A stretch of 64,000 nt of DNA from Nitrospirota bacterium (GTDB taxonomy: Bacteria > Nitrospirota > UBA9217): the NCBI GenBank assembly GCA_963751455.1, contig CAVVUN010000002.1, positions 96,001-160,000 of the forward strand. The letters run 5' to 3'. Positions 52,051-63,777 of this stretch are shown here, piece by piece (the first letter of the stretch is position 1; each line of letters opens with the position of its first letter). Both the position numbers and the translations under genes were made by a program. The notes under the pieces were generated by a model. The model was not told where the DNA came from. It searched no databases and was given only the letters and a program-made list of their open reading frames with translations.

Positions 52051-52094
52051 TGTCGGCCGGGATTTCGCCCGGTAGACACGGCTCCTTCGGGGCA
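52051..52094. repeat. Double-hairpin dispersed repeat, with a copy at ~60395-60440; the TAGGCGTAAGCGCCTA hairpin is also shared (~52559, ~60550)
   Basis: TGTC.GCCGGGA.TTCGCCCGG.AGACA followed by C(C)TTCGGG at both sites. Confidence 0.65.
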
Positions 52095-52155
52095 AAAATA
52101 ACAACAAAAAGTCAAAGGCGTCTCGCGCAAAGCCGCAAAGAACGCAAAGAAAACT

Positions 52156-52371
52156 TTAACGAGGCAAGGCCTCAGACCGATGAAAAAAATACCTTGGAAC
52201 CGCGAAGGCGCGAAGGACGCGAGGAAAGCAGGAATTGAAACGGGTTTAAACCAGAAATAAGATTTTTTTGTATGGTTTCCTTCGCGCTCCTCGCGCCTTC
52301 GCGGTAAATGCTTTTTAGCTTCTCAAAAACTTGACTCAAATTTAAAGATAATGCGAAGTAAAGGTTTTTAA
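52156..52371 (+). mobile_element. TTAA-bounded MITE-like element (inverted copy of 11609-11819), directly followed by the left end of another family member
   Basis: Near identity over ~210 bp. Confidence 0.7.
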
Positions 52372-52651
52372 CGAGGCTACGCCTTAGACCAATAAAGCAA
52401 AAGCAAAACCTTAAAACCGGTCTCACACAAAGACACTAAGACACGGAGAAAGACAAAATCAGTTTTGCGGCGATTTGGCCTTCCTTTGCGAGCTTGGCGT
52501 CTTTGCGCGATATATTCCTGTTTTTGCATTAAATTCGTTTTAAAGATCCACAATCTTATAGGCGTAAGCGCCTAGGGTCATGAAAAAATCTGCGCTCATC
52601 TGCGCAAATCCGCGTCCCAGGTTTTTATCGTACCGAAAGGGTTTATAATCT

Positions 52652-53287
52652 ATGGTTGTCATACGACTTGTTGTTGGTCCTCTTCAGGTGAATTGCTTCA
52701 TCGTTGCAGACGAAAAGACGAAAGAAGCCGTTGTTATCGATCCCGGTGACGATGCAGGCGATATTTTGAAGATCATCAGGGAAAAGGCCCTTAAGGTTAA
52801 ATATCTCGTGAACACTCACGGCCATTTCGATCATATAGGGGCAAACAAGGCCGTCAAGGACGCAACAGGAGCGGAGTTGCTGATTCACGAAGCCGACGCG
52901 CCGGTGCTTGCCTCTGCCCCTATTCATTCAATGGCCTTCGGAATGAACTCCGTGTCATCTCCACAGGCTGACCGGTATGTCAAGCATGGCGACGTCATCA
53001 ATGCCGGCGAAGTGTCGCTCAAGGTCCTTCACACCCCCGGGCATTCGCCGGGAGGCATCAGCCTGCTGGAGCAGGGCATTGTCTTTACCGGAGATGCCCT
53101 GTTTTCGGGGTCCATCGGCAGAACAGATCTTCCCGGCGGGGATCTGATGACCCTGATCCGGTCCATTAAAACAAACCTTATGACACTGCCGGACGACACC
53201 AAGGTATGTTCGGGTCATGGCCCCGGATCAACGATTGGGGATGAGCGTGAGCAGAATCCCTTCCTGAATGAAGAGTCGGGATTTTGA
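52652..53287 (+). CDS. MBL-fold metallohydrolase (glyoxalase II/YcbL-like)
   Basis: THGHFDH, HTPGHS, GDALF..GRTD and GHG motifs. Confidence 0.9.
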   Translation: MVVIRLVVGPLQVNCFIVADEKTKEAVVIDPGDDAGDILKIIREKALKVKYLVNTHGHFDHIGANKAVKDATGAELLIHEADAPVLASAPIHSMAFGMNSVSSPQADRYVKHGDVINAGEVSLKVLHTPGHSPGGISLLEQGIVFTGDALFSGSIGRTDLPGGDLMTLIRSIKTNLMTLPDDTKVCSGHGPGSTIGDEREQNPFLNEESGF

Positions 53288-53380
53288 TAAGCGGTTTCGG
53301 AGTTGAGGTTTTTGATGCGGTATGGTAAACTAGAGAACTCGCTGATGAAGGATGAGATATCCGGTCCCCGCGTAGCGTGA

Positions 53381-54871
<1,491 letters not shown>

Positions 54872-55037
54872 TATGGACCGAGCCGACCGTGCCGGCGTTG
54901 AGGACGGCAACATGGTTGCCTTGGTCCAAAGAAATATGCGGCTGACGTCGGAGATGTCGAGTCGTTAAGTAAAGCAAACGCATTAATTTGTGTTAAATCT
55001 CCCCTGGCCCCTCTTTTCCAAAGAGGGGAATAAAATG

Positions 55038-56324
55038 GGTACAACCTGCTAACATAGGTAACAAACTAACCTATGGACATGGGTAACACGTTAAACTGCA
55101 GGGCTAGGAGGATCATCCTATGCCCTGGAGAAAGACGGAGCCCATGGAAGAGCGTTTAAAGCTAATAGCCGACTGGCTTAACGGCTACAGTATCACCGAT
55201 CTGTCGGTGATCTACGGAGTAAGCCGCAAGACCATTTATAAGTGGACCGAGCGTTACGACAGGCTCGGCCTCGATGGCCTGAAAGAACTTTGCCGGGGTC
55301 CGATCGTTCACCCGAACCAGACCGATGAGGAAATCATCAACCGTCTGGTTGAAGCAAAGCTGCTGCATATGACCTGGGGTCCCGAGAAGCTGTTAGACCT
55401 CTTAAACCGGGACGAGCCCCAGATTAAATGGCCCTCTGTCTGTACCGCCGAGAAATGGCTCAAACGGCGGGGCCTCGTCAAGAGTCGGCGGCTGAGAAAG
55501 AAGACGCCGAAATACAGCGAGCCGTTCCTGGCCTGCGATGCACCAAACAAGGTCTGGAGCGCAGACTACAAGGGCCAGTTCAAGACAGGCGACGGCCGAT
55601 GGTGCTATCCCTTGACCATTACCGACAACATGAGCCGTTACCTGCTTACGTGCAAGGGCCTTTATTCCCCTTGTCACGCGGACACCCAGCCATGGTTCGA
55701 GTGGGCTTTCCGCGAATTCGGCCTGCCGGAGGCGATCCGTACCGACAACGGGACGCCGTTTGCCGGACGCGGGGTAACGGGCCTCAGCCGATTGTCGGTA
55801 TGGCTCATCAAACTCGGTATCAGGCCGGAACGGATAGAATCCGGCAAGCCCCAGCAGAACGGGCGCCACGAGCGGATGCACCGGACCCTGAAACAGGACA
55901 CCGCCAAGCCGCCTAAGGCCAATATGGACCGGCAGCAAATCCGGTTTGATGAGTTCCGGCACGAGTACAATTACGACCGCCCGCATGAGGCGCTCAATAA
56001 AAAGACACCCGCGAGCGTTTACGAACCATCACCCAGGAGGTTCCCGGAAAAACTCCGCGAACCTGAGTACGATCATGGCATCAAGGTCCGCAAGATCCGC
56101 CTTCACGGCGAGATCCGGTTTAACAGAACTTACTACTTCATCTCCGAGCTCCTGGCCGGAGCGAGAATCGGCCTTATCGAGACTGCCGATGGAAAATACG
56201 AAATTCGCTTCGGTTTCCATCCTATCGGCATACTCGACGTCAAGCTCGGAAAAGTGGAACCTAAGTTAAAAAAAGTGTAACCCATGTCCACAGGTTAAAA
56301 TGTAACCCATGTGCATGTTGCACA
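55038..56324 (+). mobile_element. IS481-family insertion sequence
   Basis: Single DDE ORF; imperfect terminal IRs ending ...ACA; subterminal IR 55067-55089 versus 56275-56297 (21/23). Confidence 0.8.
55120..56280 (+). CDS. IS481-family DDE transposase
   Basis: MPW start, HTH, WSADYKG, IRTDNG, PQQNGRHERMHRTLK and YN..RPHEAL motifs. Confidence 0.92.
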   Translation: MPWRKTEPMEERLKLIADWLNGYSITDLSVIYGVSRKTIYKWTERYDRLGLDGLKELCRGPIVHPNQTDEEIINRLVEAKLLHMTWGPEKLLDLLNRDEPQIKWPSVCTAEKWLKRRGLVKSRRLRKKTPKYSEPFLACDAPNKVWSADYKGQFKTGDGRWCYPLTITDNMSRYLLTCKGLYSPCHADTQPWFEWAFREFGLPEAIRTDNGTPFAGRGVTGLSRLSVWLIKLGIRPERIESGKPQQNGRHERMHRTLKQDTAKPPKANMDRQQIRFDEFRHEYNYDRPHEALNKKTPASVYEPSPRRFPEKLREPEYDHGIKVRKIRLHGEIRFNRTYYFISELLAGARIGLIETADGKYEIRFGFHPIGILDVKLGKVEPKLKKV

Positions 56325-56684
56325 ATGAGCTCCCCCTTTGAAAAAAGGGGGATTAAGGGGGATTTAAGCATCAGCGATTCAACAAACAGGTAACAATATT
56401 AAATGCGTCTGTATTAGTTTAGTTGTTAAGTCGTTTAGTTGTTGAGTAGTTGCTGCTTAATCTCCCAACTGCTTAGAGTCTGTTTTTAAATGTCCTTCTT
56501 CGTCATGCCGGACTTGATCCGGCATCCAGAAGGTTATGAAAAGACTGGATTCCAGCGACTCGGCTGAGCGTTCGACTGAGCTCACGCCGAAGTCTCGTCG
56601 AAGTCTTTCGCTGGAATGACGGTACATGATGAAATGGCAGTTAAAATACAAACTTACTTGATAAGTTATCATTTGTAATGAATC

Positions 56685-56870
56685 ATGTCGAAAGTCAGCA
56701 GCTTCGATAAAGCGCGAAGCGCAAAGATCAAGAAGGTAGCGCACATGGGCAGCCCGGACGGCTTTATCCCCTGCAGCCAGGACATGACCATCTGCGGTGA
56801 CTGCGAAGAGAACCGGGCAAAGAACAAGTGCCCCAGGCTTAAGGAGTGGCTGGCGAAGAGACACGGGTGA
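56685..56870 (+). CDS. Small hypothetical protein with four Cys
   Basis: 61 aa GC-rich ORF among AT-rich repeats; C-x6-CxxC-x8-C; no clear RBS. Confidence 0.4.
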   Translation: MSKVSSFDKARSAKIKKVAHMGSPDGFIPCSQDMTICGDCEENRAKNKCPRLKEWLAKRHG

Positions 56871-57477
56871 GTGCCTTATAGAAAGCACTTTCCTGCATGG
56901 TTCATAAGAACACCCTGAGTATGGCACGGACTCAGGGTTTTTTATTCATAAACCTGGGAACGGGAGTTGGACGCAGACTTCGGCGTGAGCTCAGTCGAAC
57001 GATAAACCTAAAAAAAGCATTTGGGACGCAGAAAAATCGGATAAACGCAGATAAGGTCGGATAAAAAAACGTTCTTGTATCGTAAAAGCAGTCACCCTGC
57101 GGGTGAATTTTTTCTCTAAAAATTCTTTTGTTTGATCTGCGGTTATCTGCGTTCATCTGCGCCCAACTGCCGTTTTCAGGATAAAGGCGGAAAAGTCGGA
57201 TTAAATCGAAATTAGATCGAAGCAAGGATTGACCAAATGGTGATGATTTTCATAAAGAAGTTAGATTTTTATCTTTCTTTATCCGATGTTATCCGATTCT
57301 TCCGCGTCCAAATGCTCCTAATATTTACTGAAGAATGAAATTCTTCTCAAAATGGCAAGAAAAATTTAAAAACCTGTTTGCCATCTATGAAAAAGAATTT
57401 TTTGTTCGGGCTTGTGGTTAGGATAATTAGAGGTTTCGATCTGGAATGAAGTTGGTCCATAAGCATGGCGGTGCAGC

Positions 57478-60138
57478 ATGAACCGGGAACTGCAGGCAGT
57501 GATCATGCCCGTCGGCTCTGTCCGGCTGGAATGGGTGGAGTCGCGAGCGCGGTTCGATAAAAGCAGGGATATTCTCGAGCGGGAAATATTCAAGCGGTAT
57601 TCGGAAAATCCGGATGGCGCGTTTCTTTTTCTCGGATTTCGCGGCAGGTCGGTCTCACTTTCACCCTCGCTGGATTTTTTTCGCGGGTTTTGCGGCCTTT
57701 TTGCCAGGAAACTGAGCCATACTCCCGAGCTCGAATTCATCCGGCGTGACGTCTTCGTCCGGTTGAGCGCTGAGGAACGGGACCATGCGCTCGCATCGGT
57801 GCCCCCCATGACCGGCGGCGAGTATTTGACCGGGGTGGTGCTGGACGACCTCTGGGAACGGCTCCATGCCGAATTCCGCATGGAGATCCGGCAGTACAAG
57901 GGGACGGTCGAGGAGTTCATACAGCAATACAGCCCGGACGTGCATCTGATCGGCCGGGTATTCTTCCACCTCGTTGAAAACAAAAAAAACGATTATCCCT
58001 TCTCCTTTTTCGCAACCTATTCAACAGCGCTGAACAGAAAGGGCAAGTCGCAGCAGCTTCCGCTCAAGCACGCTCTCGACGAATACGGGAAAGACGGGAA
58101 AAAGCTGCTTGACCTGCTCTCGACCGTGTATCGCGCAGCCAAAGAAAGCAAGCTCATTACGGGACTTCTTGAGAGCGGCGCATTGTTCCATCCGCTTGCC
58201 TGGTCGGCGAAAGAGGCGTATACGTTCCTGCAGGAAATTCCGCTCTATGAGCAGTCGGGCATCCTGTGCCGCATCCCCGACTGGTGGAAAGGCGCATCAT
58301 CGAGTCTGCACGTCAATATTTCGATAGGCGAAGCCGAGCCTTCAGTGGTGGGTATGGATGCACTGCTCAGTTTCGATATCGGGCTCCATATCGAGAATGC
58401 GCCGGTATCCCTTGAGGAGGCCCGCCGCCTGCTCGAATCTGCAGAGGGTCTTGCCCTGATCAGGAATCGCTGGGTGGCTGTTGACCCCGAGAAGCTGCGG
58501 CACACGCTTGATGCCTTCGAAAAAGCGCGCGCGCTGGCTCAAGGCGAGGGGCTTACGTTCCGGGATGCGCTCCGTTTTCAAATGAACCCCGGTTCGGCGC
58601 TGGATCTTGACGGGAGTGATGCGGCGGTTACGGTTACCAGCGGCCAATGGCTTGAATCCGTCATGGCCAGGATGCGCCACCCTGCCATGATCGCTTCGGT
58701 GAAGCTGGCCCCGTCCTTCAAAGCGGAGCTGAGGCCTTACCAGGAAAAAGGCGTGAACTGGCTCTCCTTTTTACACTCCCTGAAGTTCGGTATGTGCCTT
58801 GCCGATGACATGGGCCTCGGCAAGACCGTGCAGGTGCTGGCTCTTCTTCACCTGTCGAAGCACAGGGGCGAGAAAGGCGCAAGTCTTGTTGTGATTCCCG
58901 CTTCGCTTCTCGCCAACTGGGCGAACGAGATCATGAAGTTTGCGCCGGATATCCTGTTCTATACTGCTCATCCCGCCGGGAATGATTCCCGCAGTGTGGA
59001 AGCGATAGGGGCGCGCGAGCTGGACAGCCTCGACCTCGTGATTACGACCTACTCGATGGTGCAGAAATACGAGTGGCTTAAATCCTACGAGTGGAAGTAT
59101 GTGATCCTCGACGAGGCCCAGGCAATCAAGAATCCCCGAACAAAGCAGACAAAGGCGGTCAAGAAGCTGAAGTCAGTAAACCGGATCGTCATGACCGGCA
59201 CCCCCGTGGAGAACAGGCTGTCGGACCTCTGGTCCCTGTTCGACTTCATCAACCCGGGACTGCTCGGAAGCAGCCAGGAGTTCAGCAGATTCACGAGAAA
59301 CCTGACCAGGGACCCCGAGGGGTACGCGCGGCTCAGGAAGGTCATAAGCCCTTATATTCTCAGGCGGCTCAAGACGGACAAAACGGTCATCTCCGACCTG
59401 CCGGACAAAATTGAGATGAAGACGTGGCCGTCGTTAAGCAGAAAGCAGGCAATACTCTACCAGAAACTGGTAGATGAGCTCAGGCGGACCATAGAAAACA
59501 CGGAAGGCATCCAGAGAAAAGGGATGATCCTGAGTTCACTCATGAAGTTCAAACAGCTTTGCAATCACCCTGACCAATACCTCGGTACCGGAGCGTTTGA
59601 GGAGAACGAAAGCGGCAAGTTCGGCACGCTGCGCGAGATTTGTGAAACGATCCACGAAAAACGGGAACGCGTCCTCGTATTCACCCAGTTCCGGGAGATT
59701 ACGCACCCGCTCTCCGAGTTCCTTTCAGGAGTATTCCAACGACACGGTCTCGTGCTGCATGGCGGTACGCCCGTGGGCAAGAGGAAAGCGATCGTGGCCA
59801 GGTTTCAGGACGAGGAATATGTTCCATTCATGGTGCTGTCCCTGAAAGCCGGAGGCGTCGGACTCAATCTTACCGCGGCAAACCACGTTATTCACTTTGA
59901 CCGGTGGTGGAACCCGGCTGTCGAAAACCAGGCAACCGATCGCGCCTTCAGGATCGGTCAGAAGAAAAACGTGATCGTGCATAAGTTCATCACCCGGGGG
60001 ACCGTTGAAGAGAAGATTGATCTGATGATCGAAGGAAAACTGAAGCTTTCGAAAGAGGTGATCGAGTCCGGCTCCGAGGCGTGGATCACGGAAATGAGCA
60101 ATGAGGAACTGATGGGCATGTTCAGGCTGACGATATAG
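57478..60138 (+). CDS. SNF2-family helicase/ATPase
   Basis: LADDMGLGKT, DEAQ, TGTPVEN, SLKAGGVGLNL and QATDRAFRIGQ motifs. Confidence 0.93.
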   Translation: MNRELQAVIMPVGSVRLEWVESRARFDKSRDILEREIFKRYSENPDGAFLFLGFRGRSVSLSPSLDFFRGFCGLFARKLSHTPELEFIRRDVFVRLSAEERDHALASVPPMTGGEYLTGVVLDDLWERLHAEFRMEIRQYKGTVEEFIQQYSPDVHLIGRVFFHLVENKKNDYPFSFFATYSTALNRKGKSQQLPLKHALDEYGKDGKKLLDLLSTVYRAAKESKLITGLLESGALFHPLAWSAKEAYTFLQEIPLYEQSGILCRIPDWWKGASSSLHVNISIGEAEPSVVGMDALLSFDIGLHIENAPVSLEEARRLLESAEGLALIRNRWVAVDPEKLRHTLDAFEKARALAQGEGLTFRDALRFQMNPGSALDLDGSDAAVTVTSGQWLESVMARMRHPAMIASVKLAPSFKAELRPYQEKGVNWLSFLHSLKFGMCLADDMGLGKTVQVLALLHLSKHRGEKGASLVVIPASLLANWANEIMKFAPDILFYTAHPAGNDSRSVEAIGARELDSLDLVITTYSMVQKYEWLKSYEWKYVILDEAQAIKNPRTKQTKAVKKLKSVNRIVMTGTPVENRLSDLWSLFDFINPGLLGSSQEFSRFTRNLTRDPEGYARLRKVISPYILRRLKTDKTVISDLPDKIEMKTWPSLSRKQAILYQKLVDELRRTIENTEGIQRKGMILSSLMKFKQLCNHPDQYLGTGAFEENESGKFGTLREICETIHEKRERVLVFTQFREITHPLSEFLSGVFQRHGLVLHGGTPVGKRKAIVARFQDEEYVPFMVLSLKAGGVGLNLTAANHVIHFDRWWNPAVENQATDRAFRIGQKKNVIVHKFITRGTVEEKIDLMIEGKLKLSKEVIESGSEAWITEMSNEELMGMFRLTI

Positions 60139-60690
60139 AGGATCGCGAGGCTGAAAAACGAGAACTAAGTTAATTTTTACACGAAGACACAAAGGCATGA
60201 ATCAAATTCAAAACCTAACCCGGACAAGCCGGAAAAGCTTTTCAGCCACAGAGGACACAGAGATCACAGAGAGGAACAATAACCAAGAAATAAAAGAATT
60301 TTTTAATCTTTTTTAGCCGTTCTCTGCGCCCTCTGTGAACTCTGTAGCAAAATATTCTTTCCAGTTTGACAAGAATTTGATTCGTAACTGACTATGTGTC
60401 TGCCGGGACTTCGCCCGGCAGACATGGTCCCTTCGGGACAGTTTTGAATTGAACGCCTCTGTAGGGCAAGGCTTTAGCCTTGTTGATTACCGGGAAGCCG
60501 CAACCCTGAAGGGTTGCCCTACAAACATCGACAAAAATTGTCGATGTTATAGGCGTAAGCGCCTAAGGCGTCTCTCGCAAAGCCGCAAAGTCGCAAAGAG
60601 AAGCGTAAATCTAATGTATTTTGTCTTTTCTTTCTTTGCGTCTTGGCGACTTAGCGCGAAAATTCGTTGGTGCGAAGTGCAACCCAAACT

Positions 60691-61600
60691 ATGAAGACAA
60701 TCTTGAACAATGGCTGCGAGTACCGCGAGCAGTTGGGCGCTGACGCAGATGGCCAGACCTTATTGGCTTATCTCAGCAGGCGCTACAGTCATTCTGACAC
60801 TGTAGAATGGACAGAGCGTATTGCAAACGGCCACGTGCTGATCGATTCCGTGCCCGCGCATACTGATACCGTACTGCGTAAAGGGTCCGACCTTGTCTGG
60901 CAGAGGCCTCCATGGATCGAACCGGATGCTCCCCGTACTTTCTCGGTTCTCTACGAAGATGATGATCTCCTTGCAGTGGCCAAACCGGCAGGATTGCCGA
61001 CGCTTCCCGGCGCAAACTTTCTGACCGCAACGCTCCTGCATCTGGTCCGCGCCTACGCACCTGACGCCGCTCCTGTTCATCGCCTGGGGCGCTGGACATC
61101 AGGGAGTCGTGCTCTGCGCCCGAAACCAGAAAGCCCGGGCTGAACTGATGCGGCAGTGGTCGGGCAAAGAAGTCGATAAGCGTTACCGCGCGCTGGCCAC
61201 AGGGCTTCCTGCATGGGATGAGATGACGATTGAAACGCCCATCGGCCCTGTGCCGCATGCGCTGCTCGGTTCGATACACGCGGCAGCGCCGCAGGGAAAG
61301 CCTTCCCTTTCCCGGGTCAGCGTCCTCGAACGCCGCACAGGTTCGTTCCTTTGTGATGTGCGCATTGCCACGGGCCGGCCCCACCAGATCAGGATTCACC
61401 TTGCTGCAGCGGGGCACCCGCTCGTGGGCGATCCGCTGTATGGTGCGGGTGGTTTACCCCTGCGGGATACTCGCGCGGTACCTGGCGATCCGGGCTATCA
61501 TCTTCATGCTGCTGAGCTGAGATTTCGCCATCCCGCAAGCGGGCGCGGGATTGTGATTGAGCAGGAGCCGCCGGCGCTGTTACGGGTGCAACGGATTTGA
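60691..61600 (+). CDS. RluA-family RNA pseudouridine synthase; apparent indel near 61105; catalytic HRLD reads HRLG
   Basis: [25 protein letters not shown] and GDPLY motifs. Confidence 0.8.
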
Positions 61601-61635
61601 ATAGCTACTTCATGGTGAGTTCAAAATTGGATGAC

Positions 61636-61881
61636 ATGAACGACCAAAAACATAAAGATCCTCTTCACGGTGTAACGCTGGAAATGATGCTTACCCAGCT
61701 GGTGGAGCACCATGGGTGGGAGAAACTGGGGCAGATCATCGATATCAGGTGCTTTAATAACGACCCGAGCATCAAGTCCAGCCTGCACTTTCTCAGGAGG
61801 ACCCCTTGGGCAAGAACCAAAGTGGAGGCGCTGTACCTGAAGTACCGAAGGAATGCTTTGAAAAAGCAGGAACGCAGTTAA
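61636..61881 (+). CDS. VF530/DUF2132-family small DNA-binding protein
   Basis: [32 protein letters not shown]. Confidence 0.85.
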   Translation: MNDQKHKDPLHGVTLEMMLTQLVEHHGWEKLGQIIDIRCFNNDPSIKSSLHFLRRTPWARTKVEALYLKYRRNALKKQERS

Positions 61882-62048
61882 GACAATAGCATGTAGCAGT
61901 TAGATCGGGTAGAGCGAACCGAAACCTGATGCAATCCAATCCTGATTCTGCCAAATAATAGTACACTTCACTTCTTTCTAACAAACGTAAAAGTTCCACC
62001 TGCCCTATTTCTTGACATCCGGTCCTTATGGGTGTACGATACCAATAA

Positions 62049-62345
62049 ATGAGACGAGCCCGTTTAGTCAGACATGTAAAGGCCATTGATGAGCGTGGAA
62101 ATATCATTGAAGTAAAGATGTGGCAGCTGGAAAAGGCGACAAAAGACAAACAGCATGGCTACAAATACTCGCTGGTTTACATAGAGAATGGCGAGAGGGT
62201 AATCGGTTATGACAATGCGCACGGCAAGGGAGACCACAGACATTCCGGAAAAATTGTGGCGCCCTATACGTTCAGAAGCCTCAGGCAGCTTACGATAGAC
62301 TTTTATAACGACATTGAAAAGTTCAAGAGAGGTGAAGAATTATGA
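62049..62345 (+). CDS. DUF6516/TumE-like putative toxin
   Basis: HGYKYSL..GYDNAHGKGDHRH motif; overlaps the HTH gene. Confidence 0.7.
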   Translation: MRRARLVRHVKAIDERGNIIEVKMWQLEKATKDKQHGYKYSLVYIENGERVIGYDNAHGKGDHRHSGKIVAPYTFRSLRQLTIDFYNDIEKFKRGEEL

Positions 62346-62707
62346 AGATTAAGAAAATCAAGGTGGGCATCAAAGACCTGAAATCCGTTCTCAATGATTT
62401 TATAAAAACAGGACAAACCATTGAACGAGGAGGAAAAGTTTCCGAGGAGAAAGGGACCTACTTTACAAGCTTTGAGGCATTCAGGAAGGCCTTGACGCCG
62501 AAAAGGCTTGAGCTGCTGCATATCATTAAGGCGAAAAAGCCGTCTTCGATTAACGAGTTGGCGAGACTGGCGAAGAGAGACGTTAAAAACATTGCCGATG
62601 ATGTAAACTACCTGGAGCAGATCGGGCTGATTCAAAAGAAGGAGACGGCACGGAAAACAGCACCGGTTATAACTTACGATAAGATAGCATTGGAGATAGC
62701 GGTGTAA
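62342..62707 (+). CDS. HTH putative antitoxin (HVO_A0114-like)
   Basis: LTPKRLELL..PSSINELAR..RDVKN..DV..L. Confidence 0.7.
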   Translation: MKIKKIKVGIKDLKSVLNDFIKTGQTIERGGKVSEEKGTYFTSFEAFRKALTPKRLELLHIIKAKKPSSINELARLAKRDVKNIADDVNYLEQIGLIQKKETARKTAPVITYDKIALEIAV

Positions 62708-62708
62708 A

Positions 62709-62870
62709 TTGAAACTCACTAAAGAGGATAACGTTAAAGTAACGATTGCCTTAAAGAAATCAAGTGTTGAATTCTTTAAGAAAGAGGCCAAGAAGCATCA
62801 CACCTCTTATCAAAAAATGATTCGTCAGCTTGTGGATTGGTATACTTCGCACCATCAAAAGAGCGCTTAA
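62709..62870 (+). pseudogene. C-terminal remnant of a CopG/BrnA-like ribbon-helix-helix antitoxin
   Basis: KVTIALKKSSVEFFKKEAKKHHTSYQKMIRQLVDWY; no RBS or N-terminus, and no toxin partner. Confidence 0.6.
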
Positions 62871-62892
62871 GGCGGTGATTTCTCACCGCCTT
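62869..62892. terminator. Palindrome AAGGCGGTGA-TTTC-TCACCGCCTT; identical copy at 63726-63749
   Basis: Perfect 10 bp stem present twice. Confidence 0.7.
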
Positions 62893-62987
62893 GTTTTACC
62901 TACTATGAATCTTTTAATTTGCAGTTCTATGCTTTTTCCGAAGCAGCCTGCCGAGATCGCTTGACACTGGTTATCAAATATGCTAAC

Positions 62988-63323
62988 ATGTCGAACATGA
63001 AGTATACCATCGAGTATTTCCATGCCCGCGTCAAAGACGAGATAGAACGCTGGCCCGATGGCATATTGGCGGATTATGCGCGGTTAGTGGAGCTCTTGAT
63101 GGAGTTCGGTCCGAATCTACGGATGCCGCATTCGCGTGCCATGGGCGACGGTCTTTTTGAATTGCGGCCACGCGGGCCTGAAGGTATTGGGCGCGCCTTA
63201 TATTGTTATGTTGATGGTCAACGTATGGTGATACTTCATGCTTTTGTGAAGAAAACACAGGAAACGCCCGAAAAAGAATTGCGTCTTGCCCGGAAAAGAT
63301 TGAAGGAGGTACGAAATGACTGA
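62988..63323 (+). CDS. RelE/HigB-like (Gp49/DUF891) toxin
   Basis: MPHSRAMGDGLFELR..RALY..LHAFVKKTQETP. Confidence 0.85.
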   Translation: MSNMKYTIEYFHARVKDEIERWPDGILADYARLVELLMEFGPNLRMPHSRAMGDGLFELRPRGPEGIGRALYCYVDGQRMVILHAFVKKTQETPEKELRLARKRLKEVRND

Positions 63324-63675
63324 TATAAAGTATAAACCCGTTTCGCATGACCATGAAGCATTCCTCAGAAAAGCCTCGAAACGGAATGGGTTCAGAACTG
63401 CATATGAGGATCTTGAAGAAGAGTACCGGCTCACCCGTGAGATGCTGGCCGCTCGTTCAAAGTTCGGCCTCACTCAGGAAGCTGTTGCAGAATTGATGGG
63501 GACGACAAAAAGCGCGGTGTCACGCTTGGAAGCCGCGGGTAAGCATGCCCCGTCTCTGACTACGCTCAAAAAGTACGCGCGGGCTGTGGGTTGTCGCTTG
63601 GAGATCAAACTCGTTCCCAACGCTCGCCTAACCAGGCGTTCAATACGGGCCGTAAAAAAACAGGCGGCTGGTTAG
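63316..63675 (+). CDS. XRE-HTH antitoxin (HigA-like)
   Basis: GLTQEAVAELMGTTKSAVSRLE; toxin-first gene order. Confidence 0.85.
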   Translation: MTDIKYKPVSHDHEAFLRKASKRNGFRTAYEDLEEEYRLTREMLAARSKFGLTQEAVAELMGTTKSAVSRLEAAGKHAPSLTTLKKYARAVGCRLEIKLVPNARLTRRSIRAVKKQAAG

Positions 63676-63777
63676 CTTCGCGCTGATTGTAGAAGTAAAC
63701 TGAGGGGTAATGATGCCGAACAGAAAAGGCGGTGATTTCTCACCGCCTTTATTGATGTACGAGCTTTAATTCCGATC

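Noticed and set aside
56900-57400. tRNA (including tRNA-Sec), rRNA or riboswitch in the long intergenic regions
   Set aside because: These regions resolve into short palindromic repeat mosaics; I could not identify a cloverleaf or known aptamer consensus by eye.
57478-63675. Prophage or named anti-phage defence system
   Set aside because: No phage structural genes or integrase, and the SNF2 gene lacks recognisable defence partners.
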